Shown: positions 30,904 to 39,680 of the stretch, one piece after another | Numbering within the stretch: the stretch's first letter is position 1 | Layout: every line of letters begins with the position of its first letter | Source: an uncultured delta proteobacterium | GTDB taxonomy: Bacteria > Desulfobacterota > Binatia > UBA9968 | Assembly: GCA_963840855.1 (NCBI GenBank) | Contig: CAWJBB010000079.1 | Span: forward strand, 1-64,000 | Length of the DNA: 64,000 nucleotides | Reading direction: 5' to 3' | The notes under the pieces: generated by a model | Told to the model about the DNA's origin: nothing | Database searches by the model: none | What the model saw: only the letters and a program-made list of their open reading frames with translations | Position numbers and translations under genes: made by a program

Positions 30904-31956
30904 TTACCGCGGCGGGAGCGGTCCCGCACCCGAGAGTTGCTTCAGCTGATCGATCACCTCGGGATCGCGGGGAATGTCCGCCACGATCTTCTTCAGCTCT
31001 TCCGGTCCGAGCGGTGAAGCGTCATCGGCGACGAGCTTATGAAAATAGACCGGGAACTCGGGATCTTTGGCGATTCTGCGAAAAGCGGCTTCGAGTATCT
31101 GGACTGTGTCCTTGGGCGTGCCCGGAGGAAGAATAAAGGGAGAGCCGACCGCGCGGAAACCGCGAAACAAGCTGATGAGCCTTCTTTCTCTTTCGCTTCT
31201 GGCGAAGGTTTCGATTTCCGGCAGGTGCCCCAGACGCGGGTGGTGTTCGCCCTTCGGCACTTCCACGATGCTGTGAAAGTTCATCAGCTTCTTGTCGAGC
31301 CACTCGGGGTTGCGGCGCAGCACCGAGATGGCGTTGTTGGCGCGCGCGTCCAGCTCACCCCGGGTCAAGGCGGCATCGATCTCCAGCGACGTGTAGCCGG
31401 CGATGAACTTAGCATCCTTTAACCCGATCAAGTAAGCGAACATCCGGCCGGCGACATAGGAGACAGCGCCCACCGATTGCGCGCCGATCCTCAGACCCGA
31501 AGCGGCGCGCAGCTTCTCGATGGTGTCCAGCCCCAGTTCCCTGCGGGTGTAGATCACGTTGCTATTTTCGTGGTCGGGTGTGCCGAGATAAATGAACTTG
31601 TCGATGTCGTAGTTCACGCCCGACTCACCCATAACAGCCAAGGAGATCATCGTGCCGCTGGCTGCGCCGATGGTGAGACCGTCCGGTTTGACGGAGCTGT
31701 AGAGGTGGTTGGCGCCCTTGCGCCCGCCGCCCCCGTCCATGTATGCCATCACGATGTTTGGATTTCCGGGGATATGCTTTTTGAGAAACGTCAGCACCGC
31801 CCGGGTGCGCAGATCGCTCGTTCCTCCGGCGGCCCTGGTTGCCAGCAAGGTGATCGTCTTGCCTTCGTAGAAATTCACCTGCGCATGAGCGAGCGCGGGC
31901 GTGAGTCCACCCAAAATGATCATTGCGAGCGCAGCGATGAATTGGGGCTTTTTCAT
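30904..31956 (-). CDS. TctC/Bug-like receptor protein
   Basis: Signal peptide; FYEGKTIT, IPGNP...GGGG, KPDGLT and PFILPPGTP motifs. Confidence 0.88.
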   Translation of the reverse strand: MKKPQFIAALAMIILGGLTPALAHAQVNFYEGKTITLLATRAAGGTSDLRTRAVLTFLKKHIPGNPNIVMAYMDGGGGRKGANHLYSSVKPDGLTIGAASGTMISLAVMGESGVNYDIDKFIYLGTPDHENSNVIYTRRELGLDTIEKLRAASGLRIGAQSVGAVSYVAGRMFAYLIGLKDAKFIAGYTSLEIDAALTRGELDARANNAISVLRRNPEWLDKKLMNFHSIVEVPKGEHHPRLGHLPEIETFARSERERRLISLFRGFRAVGSPFILPPGTPKDTVQILEAAFRRIAKDPEFPVYFHKLVADDASPLGPEELKKIVADIPRDPEVIDQLKQLSGAGPLPPR

Positions 31957-32027
31957 AGGCTAGTCTCCTTTCATTTTGCAACTATCTCCGGGCAAGCCGC
32001 CTTGAACTTTTGCTTGGTTGACCATCC

Positions 32028-32090
32028 GGGGTCAAATCTTTACCTGAGACAGAACCGATATTTCGAGCTCCCGTAATCTCCTCTTCAGCC
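32028..32090 (-). mobile_element. Second putative Y1-transposase 3' remnant ending in TTTGACCCC
   Basis: Reads LKRRLRELEISVLSQVKI-stop; DNA homologous to 11809-11870. Confidence 0.5.
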
Positions 32091-32092
32091 TA

Positions 32093-33256
32093 CTACACTC
32101 CGATTTCCTTTACGTGCTCATCATCACATGGATAACGCAACTCCCAACCCGTAAGCATCGGTATCGCATATTCAAATGGAACATTCTCGATGACAATCTC
32201 TTCAGTCTTCGCATATTGTTCCTGTGCAGGAACGCAATTATTAATGTCCTCACTTGGCAGGATCGAAAAAGGCGGTTGCAATACGCCAACATCATTGCCG
32301 CCCAATGCAGAAACTATTTCGCCGAAGTTGTAATCCCTTCTTCCAGCATTATCTTTAAAAATGCTATAGGTGTTCCAACTCACGAAGCCCGAATTTGCTA
32401 AGTTACTGGGACCAGACAATGGAGCAGGTACCTCTTGATTTGCCTTTTGGTACTTCTTGCCATACTCAACAAATGTTTCGCTGTGATCCAAATTGTATGC
32501 CACTTGGAGCACCTCGTCGTCGCTACACAAAGCGAATCCAAATCCACGCGGGAGAATGGCAATCGACCCGCTTGGAGGAAAATCGGGGTTCTGGAGGAAA
32601 GAACTAAAAGATGAAAGAGCAGTAGTCGTTTGTGTGTTCCCGTACCAATTTCCGGCGAAATAGAAGTTGTCCGAACTACCCGTACCGGCTTTACAGAAGT
32701 TGTCCGCGTCGTCGTGGTTCACTAGCAGATTAATCGCTGCGTCGTTCCAGGCAATGATCGTATAGTGGTAGGTCCACTTATACCCTTCATCGCCACCATC
32801 ATCTCTCAGTATACCCACTGCATTCCATGTCAGCTTTTTGCCCTCGAGTCTGATCTTACCGACTAAAGTTCCGAGGCCTGCAATATGTTGGTCGTCATCA
32901 CCCAAGTACTCCGATTTCCAACCATTAAGAAAAACCGTCGCTCTGTTGGCGTATTCCGGAATTTCCAAACTTTGTTCGACCTTTATGAAATCTCCGTGAT
33001 CAAGTGTTGCAGTGCCTGATCCGTGTATCACTTTGATCGTCCCTGGAGTTTCAAATCCGACGGTAGGAGTCGGAAGATCCACTGTGGTAAGAGGAAGTTC
33101 GTCGAATTTTTCACAAATGTTAAATCTTGGAAATGCGCAAGCACCAAAACCGCATGAGACTAAAAAAGCGAGAATTAGAACTGGAGGAAAGGTCAAAAGT
33201 AGAACTGGAAGAAAAGTCAAGAAAGCCCGTTTCAAAAGTGAATCATTTGTATCCAT
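32093..33256 (-). CDS. Low-GC hypothetical exported/membrane-anchored protein with three internal repeats, 3'-truncated
   Basis: Visibly AT-richer than its flanks; hydrophobic N-terminus; repeats FLNGWKSEYLGDDDQHIAGLG, LPRGFGFALCSDDEVLQVA and MLTGWELRYPCDDEHVKEIGV. Confidence 0.7.
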   Translation of the reverse strand: MDTNDSLLKRAFLTFLPVLLLTFPPVLILAFLVSCGFGACAFPRFNICEKFDELPLTTVDLPTPTVGFETPGTIKVIHGSGTATLDHGDFIKVEQSLEIPEYANRATVFLNGWKSEYLGDDDQHIAGLGTLVGKIRLEGKKLTWNAVGILRDDGGDEGYKWTYHYTIIAWNDAAINLLVNHDDADNFCKAGTGSSDNFYFAGNWYGNTQTTTALSSFSSFLQNPDFPPSGSIAILPRGFGFALCSDDEVLQVAYNLDHSETFVEYGKKYQKANQEVPAPLSGPSNLANSGFVSWNTYSIFKDNAGRRDYNFGEIVSALGGNDVGVLQPPFSILPSEDINNCVPAQEQYAKTEEIVIENVPFEYAIPMLTGWELRYPCDDEHVKEIGV

Positions 33257-33418
33257 CTCGCTTTCCTCTTACGAACTGCTTTCAGCAATCGATTTAGGCT
33301 TCCCCTCTCACATTTGAGGAATCGGGAAGAAGCGAGCCGCGACTTTGATTCTCTTAACGCATAGACGGCATTCGCGCGAGATTTACCTTTTTCCTCAACG
33401 AGTTGTCAATGCCGGGTC

Positions 33419-33560
33419 GGCGTCGAGCAAGCCTTTTACCGGAAGCACGCTCCCAATGTCGAGGCCATCTACATGCGGGTTAAATCGCCACGGCGTCTGC
33501 CTTGGTTTTCGGTGACGTCAATGCGGTCGTGAGCGGTTCCAACGCGGTTTTGAGTTCGCT
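33419..33560 (+). pseudogene. Eroded N-terminal fragment of an NMT1/SsuA-type binding protein gene
   Basis: GVEQAFYRKHAPNVEAIYMR, then after a frame change ALVFGDVNAVVSGSNAVLSS. Confidence 0.55.
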
Positions 33561-33615
33561 TGCAAGATGTTCGTCGGCCTGGATTGACCCCCGCAAATTT
33601 GAGATTGCACGGGGT

Positions 33616-33875
33616 CCACATCAGTCATTGAACGATTGAACCGTTAAACCTTTGAACTGTTGAACCGGCTTGGGCGCTCCTGTTTGAACGGCTGGAACCG
33701 GTGTTTCCGGATCATGTTTTGACTGAGTGGAACGGTTGAACGATTTGAACGACTGTGCCGTGAATCATTGAACCCTTGAATTGTTGAACTTTTGAACCGC
33801 CGTCAGGCCTTGAACCGAGCGCAGCGTTTGAACGACTTGAACGGTTTGAACGCGGCCGCATCAGTCGTTGAACGG
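33616..33875 (+). repeat. Largest TTGAAC-family tract, bounded by an imperfect direct repeat
   Basis: Dense T(T/G)GAAC units; ccacatcagtcattgaacg (33616) and ccgcatcagtcgttgaacg (33856) lie 240 bp apart. Confidence 0.8.
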
Positions 33876-33981
33876 CTCCTGTCAGATCACATAAAAACGG
33901 CACCGCTTTGCGCCAGGAATAGTCAATATCAAACCTGATACCTTGTTTGCTTATTTGTGCGTTTCCTTGATTGGGTTGGTT

Positions 33982-35034
33982 TTACCGCGGGGGAAGAGCG
34001 TCCGGGCCTGCGATCTTCTGAAAGATGTCCACGATCTCGCGCTCCCGCGGCAACTCCCTGACGGCCTTTTCCATCTCCTCAGGCAGGAGCGGCGTGGCGT
34101 CGTCGTTCGTGAGCTTTTTGTACTCCTTGTGGAACTCCGGATCTCGGAACGTCTTGCGAAACGCCTCTCTAAGAATCTCCGCCCGGTCCGGGGGCGTGCC
34201 CGGAGGGAGAATGTAAGGGGAGCCTACCAGGCGAAATGCGCGGAACATGGCCAGGACCCTGCTCTCCTTATCGCTCCGGGCGAAGCTCTCGATCTCCGGC
34301 AGGGATGCGAAACGGGGATAGGGGTGCTTATCCCCCTTGGGAATTTCCAGGATGGCGTGGACGTGGACCAGGCCTTTGGTCAGTGAATCGGCGCCGCGCT
34401 GCAGCACGGTATCGGCGATGTTGGCGCGCGAGTCGATCTCTCCCCGAAGCAGGTTTACGTCCAGCTCTACTCCCGAGTAGCCGGTCACGAAGCGAGGGTC
34501 TCTGAGTCCGATGAGCCAAGCGAACAACCGGCCGGTGATGTAAACGAAATGCCCTACGGCGTGGGCGCCGACGCGGAGGCCGGCGTGGGCGCGCAGTTTC
34601 TCAAGCGAGTTGAGGCCGAGCTCGCCGCGGGTCACGAAGACGTAGTGGCTCGCGGTGTTGGGCGCGCCCAAGTAAATAAACTTGTCGATGTCGTACTGCA
34701 CCCCCGCCTGCCCCTGAATGGCGTTGGCCACAACGCCTCCCACGTGGCCTACGGTCAGACCATCCGGGCGAGCCGAGCTGAAAACGTAGTTGCCCGCTTT
34801 ACGCCCTCCTCCCCCTGGCATGTACTCCGCCAAGATGTAGGGGTTGCCGGGAATGTACTTGCGCAGAAATGGGATCACCGCTTTAACGCGCATGTCGCCG
34901 GTTCCCCCTGCCTCGCCCGATTGGATCAGCGTAATGGTTTTGCCTTGGTAAAAAGGGGCCTGGCCATGGACCTGACGGCCAAGCAACAAAGGCAGGACAA
35001 GGCCTCCCACAAGAAGGCTAGTTTTGAATTTCAT
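33982..35034 (-). CDS. TctC/Bug-like receptor protein
   Basis: Signal peptide; FYQGKTIT, IPGNP..PGGGG, RPDGLT and PYILPPGTP motifs. Confidence 0.88.
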   Translation of the reverse strand: MKFKTSLLVGGLVLPLLLGRQVHGQAPFYQGKTITLIQSGEAGGTGDMRVKAVIPFLRKYIPGNPYILAEYMPGGGGRKAGNYVFSSARPDGLTVGHVGGVVANAIQGQAGVQYDIDKFIYLGAPNTASHYVFVTRGELGLNSLEKLRAHAGLRVGAHAVGHFVYITGRLFAWLIGLRDPRFVTGYSGVELDVNLLRGEIDSRANIADTVLQRGADSLTKGLVHVHAILEIPKGDKHPYPRFASLPEIESFARSDKESRVLAMFRAFRLVGSPYILPPGTPPDRAEILREAFRKTFRDPEFHKEYKKLTNDDATPLLPEEMEKAVRELPREREIVDIFQKIAGPDALPPR

Positions 35035-35421
35035 CTGCCCCTACCGCGGGATTTGCTGTGTTTCTAATCTTCGAACCGCCCTTTTGTCAAACGCCAGGAA
35101 AGGATCAGACTACGCCGTCGCGTCAAGCGTTTTGAGAACTTCATTCTGCGGTGGCGTCCCATTTCCTGTGAAACTTCCTTAGCCAACGGAAAAAAAACAC
35201 CGATCGGCAGGATCTCCAGGCCTTTGCGCGCGTCATCCAGGTCCGAGTAATTGCTCACCTAGATCCTCATGCCATTCAGCAAAGTCACGGATCCCGTGGG
35301 CATTTGCGAGGGAGAGTTCCAGATGATTCCACATTTGCTTGACTGGAAATTGCCGGCGTGGTAACCGAGCGGAGGTTTTATCCATCTGCGTGCGCTGCAG
35401 AAACGAACCACGAGGGAAGCT

Positions 35422-36543
35422 ATGGAAGCAAAAAATTGCAGACTCATCGGTCACCTGGACATTCCCGGTGGCGGCCAGGTTGTGGTGCAGGGAAAACAGG
35501 CCTTCATTGGGCATATCAAATGGCCCCACGGAACATCCATCGTCGATGTTTCCGACCTCAAGCATCCTCGTCTCGTCAGCACCATCGAAACGCCCCAAGG
35601 TACCCACCGGCACAAGGTGCGCGTGCGCGGCGATATCATGATGGTGAATGTCGAGCGGTTGGGGAAGGATATGCAACCGTTCCAAGGGGGACTCAAGATT
35701 TACGACATCAGCAAGCCGGAAAAGCCGCGCGAGATAGCCTTTTTCAAGACCGGCGGAAAAGGTGTGCACCGCTTCACCGTCGATGAGCGCTACGCGTACA
35801 TTTCGACCGAGCTCGACGGCTATCGAGGCGGTTTCACGATGATACTGGACGTTAAAGATCCGGAGCGGCCGGAGGAGGTAGGGCGCTGGTGGTTGCCTGG
35901 ACAGTGGATCGCTGGGGGCGAAACTCCGACCTGGCGAGGTTCAGCCTACCACACCCATCACCCGATGCGCCTGGGCGACCGTCTCTACGTGAGCCTTAAG
36001 TACGGGGGGCTGGCCATTCTAGACATCTCCGATCTGCGCCAGCCCAAGATGATCGGCCGGCTGAACTGGCTCGAGTCCTATCAAAACTCCGCCCATACAA
36101 CGCTACCACTTCCTTTCAAAATCCGGAATCGAAACTGGTTAGTGGTAGTCGAAGAAGACTCTACGGACGAGATTTATGAGGATCCTTCCGCAGGCGTATG
36201 GATGGTAGACATCACCGCCGAGCACCTGCCTGTTACCGTGGAGACTTTCCACGTTCCTGACGGGGATTTCACCAAATTCAAGCGCAGGTTTGGCGCCCAC
36301 CAGCCGGCGGAGCAGGTCAAGGGAACGGTTATTCCTGTTACTTGGTTTTGCGCCGGGTTACGCTTTGTCGACATCTCCGACCCCTATCAGCTTAAAGAAG
36401 TCGGCCATTTCATTCCCGATCCCTGCGGAGGCCAGAATGTCCCTCAGAGCAACGATGTTTTCATAGACGATCAAGGGCTGATTTACTTGATTGATCGCTA
36501 TAACGGATTGGACATCCTCGAGTTTACAGGCTCCTGGAGCTGA
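35422..36543 (+). CDS. LVIVD-repeat beta-propeller protein
   Basis: Repeated I(V/L)DVSD..P units (TSIVDVSDLKHP, LKIYDISKPEKP, LAILDISDLRQP, LRFVDISDPYQL); conserved His residues and SNDV. Confidence 0.85.
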   Translation: MEAKNCRLIGHLDIPGGGQVVVQGKQAFIGHIKWPHGTSIVDVSDLKHPRLVSTIETPQGTHRHKVRVRGDIMMVNVERLGKDMQPFQGGLKIYDISKPEKPREIAFFKTGGKGVHRFTVDERYAYISTELDGYRGGFTMILDVKDPERPEEVGRWWLPGQWIAGGETPTWRGSAYHTHHPMRLGDRLYVSLKYGGLAILDISDLRQPKMIGRLNWLESYQNSAHTTLPLPFKIRNRNWLVVVEEDSTDEIYEDPSAGVWMVDITAEHLPVTVETFHVPDGDFTKFKRRFGAHQPAEQVKGTVIPVTWFCAGLRFVDISDPYQLKEVGHFIPDPCGGQNVPQSNDVFIDDQGLIYLIDRYNGLDILEFTGSWS

Positions 36544-36699
36544 TCGGGCCATTCTTCCCAGGAACGTGGTCGAGTGAAGCTGCCAATTGGATCAGCCTCA
36601 TACCGGCCTCCTATTGCTAAAGAGAAATCTTGGCAGGTCTAGATCGCTAGTTCTGCGCTCGCGAGCGGGGCTTGTACAATTCCTCTGGCCGGCGATTCC

Positions 36700-36790
36700 C
36701 TATTTCTACTCTGCCTTGGGAAAGCCAAACGCCTTAAATGCCATCTCCTCGCACCTGGAGGTATTTTGGCGGGTATCCCGTTGTCGCCGC
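36700..36790 (-). pseudogene. 3' remnant of another solute-binding protein gene
   Basis: Reads QNTSRCEEMAFKAFGFPKAE-stop, matching the C-termini of 36823 (HNTDKFLQQVFKAFGLPRAD) and 17462 (AAFGFPRTDKK). Confidence 0.65.
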
Positions 36791-36822
36791 GAGAAACTCT
36801 TGGGCTATTGTTAGATCCGGCG

Positions 36823-37946
36823 TCAGTCCGCTCTGGGTAAGCCGAAGGCCTTAAATACTTGCTGGAGAAATTTGTCGGTGTTGTGGAGCGTATTCCAGTC
36901 GTTCATCGACAGCTTCTTTCCTTGGATCACCTTTGCCAGCCCCGATTCCGGAGAATAGATCGACGTATTGAACGGCTCATAGTTGCTAATTATCTTTTGG
37001 CCTTCAGGGGTGGCCTGAAATTCCATCCACAGCAGGCTTGCATTGGGATGAGGAGCTGTACGGCTTATTGCGCCAAATTCTTGAAGTCTACCCGGCACCG
37101 GCTCAATAACCTTGCACTGCATAGAACCGCTGGCGTCTTTCTTCGCAGCTCTCATACAGGAGTGATAGTACGCCAGGTGAAACATAGTGTGCTCCCCACC
37201 GACAATCGCCGTAAGGGGCCGCGCGTCTGGCCACGAACCCAGACGGGTTCCTGCGCGGCAATTTTCTCGGCATAGTTCAGCGCCCACTTCTCACCCAGGC
37301 CCGCAGCCAGGGCGGCAAACCCCTGGGGACGGATGTCGACGAGAAATTTCTTCCCTTTAAGATCCGGCCTAAGAAATTCCTCCCACCCGTTCGGAACTTT
37401 GTCGTCCGAAATCAACTTTCGGTTGTATCCGATGGCGTGAATGGAGCTGCCCATACTCACGATGGTGCGATGCTTAGGGTCAATCATTGCCGGTGGAATC
37501 GCCAGCACTTTGTGCGTCGCCATGCCCAGGAAATCGAATTTCTTGATGTAGGGAATGACTGCAGTCCAGAAATCCGGCGATATGTTGAAGACATCCCAGT
37601 CCTTTGCTCCTCCCGCCTTTAACTCCAAGTAAAATCTTTGTGGGTCAGTGGTGCCCGTCATCTCTGCCACCTGAACGTCGATGAATGGATAATGCTTCCT
37701 GAAAGCGTTGATCACCGCTTTATAAGTGTCCGGTTCGAAGGAGCCCAGGACACGCAGTTTCCCCTCCTTCTTGGCCCCAGCCACGATCTCGTCGTGACTG
37801 GTCAGAAAAGTATAACCGGCAGCCTCAGCTTCCTGCCTGGCTTTGGGCAGTACGGGGTCAAGCGATGCGGCAAAGACATCCGCGCCGATCAGGCAACAGA
37901 ACACCACAAAGGACAAGGGAGCCGTCCGTAAAAAGCGTGCTTTCAT
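36823..37946 (-). CDS. ABC extracellular solute-binding protein, frameshift near 37215
   Basis: SHDEIVAGAKKEGKL, GYNRKLI and PHPNASLLWMEF motifs; ORFs 37152-37946 and 36823-37287 join at WVRGQTR/ALTAIVGGE. Confidence 0.82.
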
Positions 37947-38051
37947 TGGATATCTCCATTCCTACATGCTTGAGCTTGGCGAAAATCGATTTGCCCGACG
38001 GCGCGCTGCAGTTGTCATAGACTCTTGAGCAGCGTGCCGGGCCTCATATCC

Positions 38052-39092
38052 CTAATAACCCCAGCGTTCCGCTACAGCTTTGACTCGCTGGTACTCCGGC
38101 TCCAGTTCTTTTCGCGCTCTGAGTTCCTTGAAAGCTTCCTCGAGCAGGTCCTGTGCGCACACATCTTTGACGGCCGGGACATTGTAATCGAGTCCGCCGA
38201 TTCTCTGCTCATCCGCCAGCATCTGCTCGAGCCCCGTCGCTTTGCCGTCGATGGGAAACGGCATCACCTCCAGGTCGCGTGGCGCGCTCCACGTGGCTCT
38301 CTCCCGTTCCTCCGGATCCGCACTCCCGTTCAGCAGCCGCCTGTGCAGCTGACAGAGATACTCAAAATTCTTTGGCATATCGCGGCAGAACCAATAGCAT
38401 CGTATCAGCGCTTTGAGAAAGTTCTTGACCAAATCGGGGCGCTCCTCAAGGATTCGCCCAGTAGCAGCGATGATGCGTTCGGGCCGTCCGTCGGGATATT
38501 GATCCTTCGGTGTGGCAAGGATGTTGAAACCTTGCTTCTTGAGATCTTCCGCATCCGACGACGATATCGGGGCGCACTCCACTTTTCCGCCCAACAATGC
38601 ATCCAGATGCCGCTTCCTCGAAGGTCCTATCCTCACCCACTCCACGTCGCGCTCTAAGTCCAATCCCGCTTTACGTAGCTGAATCTGCAGCGACCAGTGG
38701 CGAATGCTATTGTAGTCGCTGATGCCGACTCGCTGGCCCTTTACATCCTTTAGGGATTTGATATGGGGCGGACCAATAATCACACCCGGTACCTGGTTTC
38801 TCCAGCCGGCGATAATGTAGACGTCTGCGCCCCGCGCGCGCTGAAAAAAGATCGTCCGCGATTGGACGTCCAGAGCGATATCCACTGATCTTTCCTTCAT
38901 TCCCTGCGCGATCCCCAACTTCTCCAGGCCAAAAGGGACCATCGGATCCCGAAGGATCTCATAACCCGGTAATCCCTCCGCGGTTTTGAGTCCCTCGTCG
39001 TACAAAAAATTCATCTCGTGAGCCGCCATGATGGGGACGATGTGAAGCGTATGATAACAAGTCGGACCTATTCTCAGTTTTCCGTCTAACAT
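38052..39092 (-). CDS. NMT1/SsuA/DszB-fold protein copy 3 (intact, no signal peptide)
   Basis: Near-identical to copies 1 and 2. Confidence 0.8.
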   Translation of the reverse strand: MLDGKLRIGPTCYHTLHIVPIMAAHEMNFLYDEGLKTAEGLPGYEILRDPMVPFGLEKLGIAQGMKERSVDIALDVQSRTIFFQRARGADVYIIAGWRNQVPGVIIGPPHIKSLKDVKGQRVGISDYNSIRHWSLQIQLRKAGLDLERDVEWVRIGPSRKRHLDALLGGKVECAPISSSDAEDLKKQGFNILATPKDQYPDGRPERIIAATGRILEERPDLVKNFLKALIRCYWFCRDMPKNFEYLCQLHRRLLNGSADPEERERATWSAPRDLEVMPFPIDGKATGLEQMLADEQRIGGLDYNVPAVKDVCAQDLLEEAFKELRARKELEPEYQRVKAVAERWGY

Positions 39093-39196
39093 GATGCCTC
39101 CCTCTAGAACTGACATACAATCATAAAGGACCTATTTTCTTTTCATTTCTCTGGCGCCCGCGCGCTCGCAACGTACTTTGAAGCTCATACACCCCT

Positions 39197-39315
39197 GTCA
39201 GCAGCCACTGCATGAACTGGCTCCAGAAACGAGTGGAAGTGATTTGGCATCAGGCAGAAAGCAAAAATCTTGGCCGAATGCCGTCCCTTCGCGTCTCCCA
39301 CTAAAAAAAACAATG
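39197..39315 (-). pseudogene. Y1/RAYT transposase remnant, copy of 24405-24545 with an internal deletion
   Basis: AKGRHSAKIFAFCLMPNHFHSFLEP followed by SQFMQWLLT. Confidence 0.78.
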
Positions 39316-39680
39316 CACAAGTGCGCTTCTAGCACGATCGCGACAATCGTAGCAATGACTCCAGCGATAAGTGCTGCCTGCATCGGCGAGCGCACCGTTC
39401 CGGAAGCCACGCTGATGCGAAATGATCAATAAGTAACTGCTGAAGATTGACTCGACCGTGCGGTTTCGGATAATCTCGCTCTCCGCATCAGGGCTGAGCG
39501 TTTTAGATCGTCGCGACCACTCTCACGGATGCGCTGTTATCTTGACCTTCGCACCTTGAACCGGGCATCAGCCTTGAACGACTGGAACATCTGGAACTGA
39601 GCGTAGCGGCTTCGCATTCCGAAACGATTGGAACCTTTGGAACAAGTAAGAATTTAACCTTTAAGAAGGAGGTTATCGTT

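Noticed and set aside
33616-33875. TTGAAC tract as a CRISPR array
   Set aside because: No constant 23-47 bp repeat with unique spacers, and no cas genes in the window.
35064-35340. Short ORF pieces upstream of the TctC-like gene (..GLEILPIGVFFPLAKEVSQEMG..)
   Set aside because: May be a decayed gene, but I cannot assign a family or a consistent reading frame.
23259-39092. Triplicated gene as a diversity-generating retroelement (template and variable repeats)
   Set aside because: Whole genes are duplicated, the differences are not adenine-specific, and no reverse transcriptase is present.
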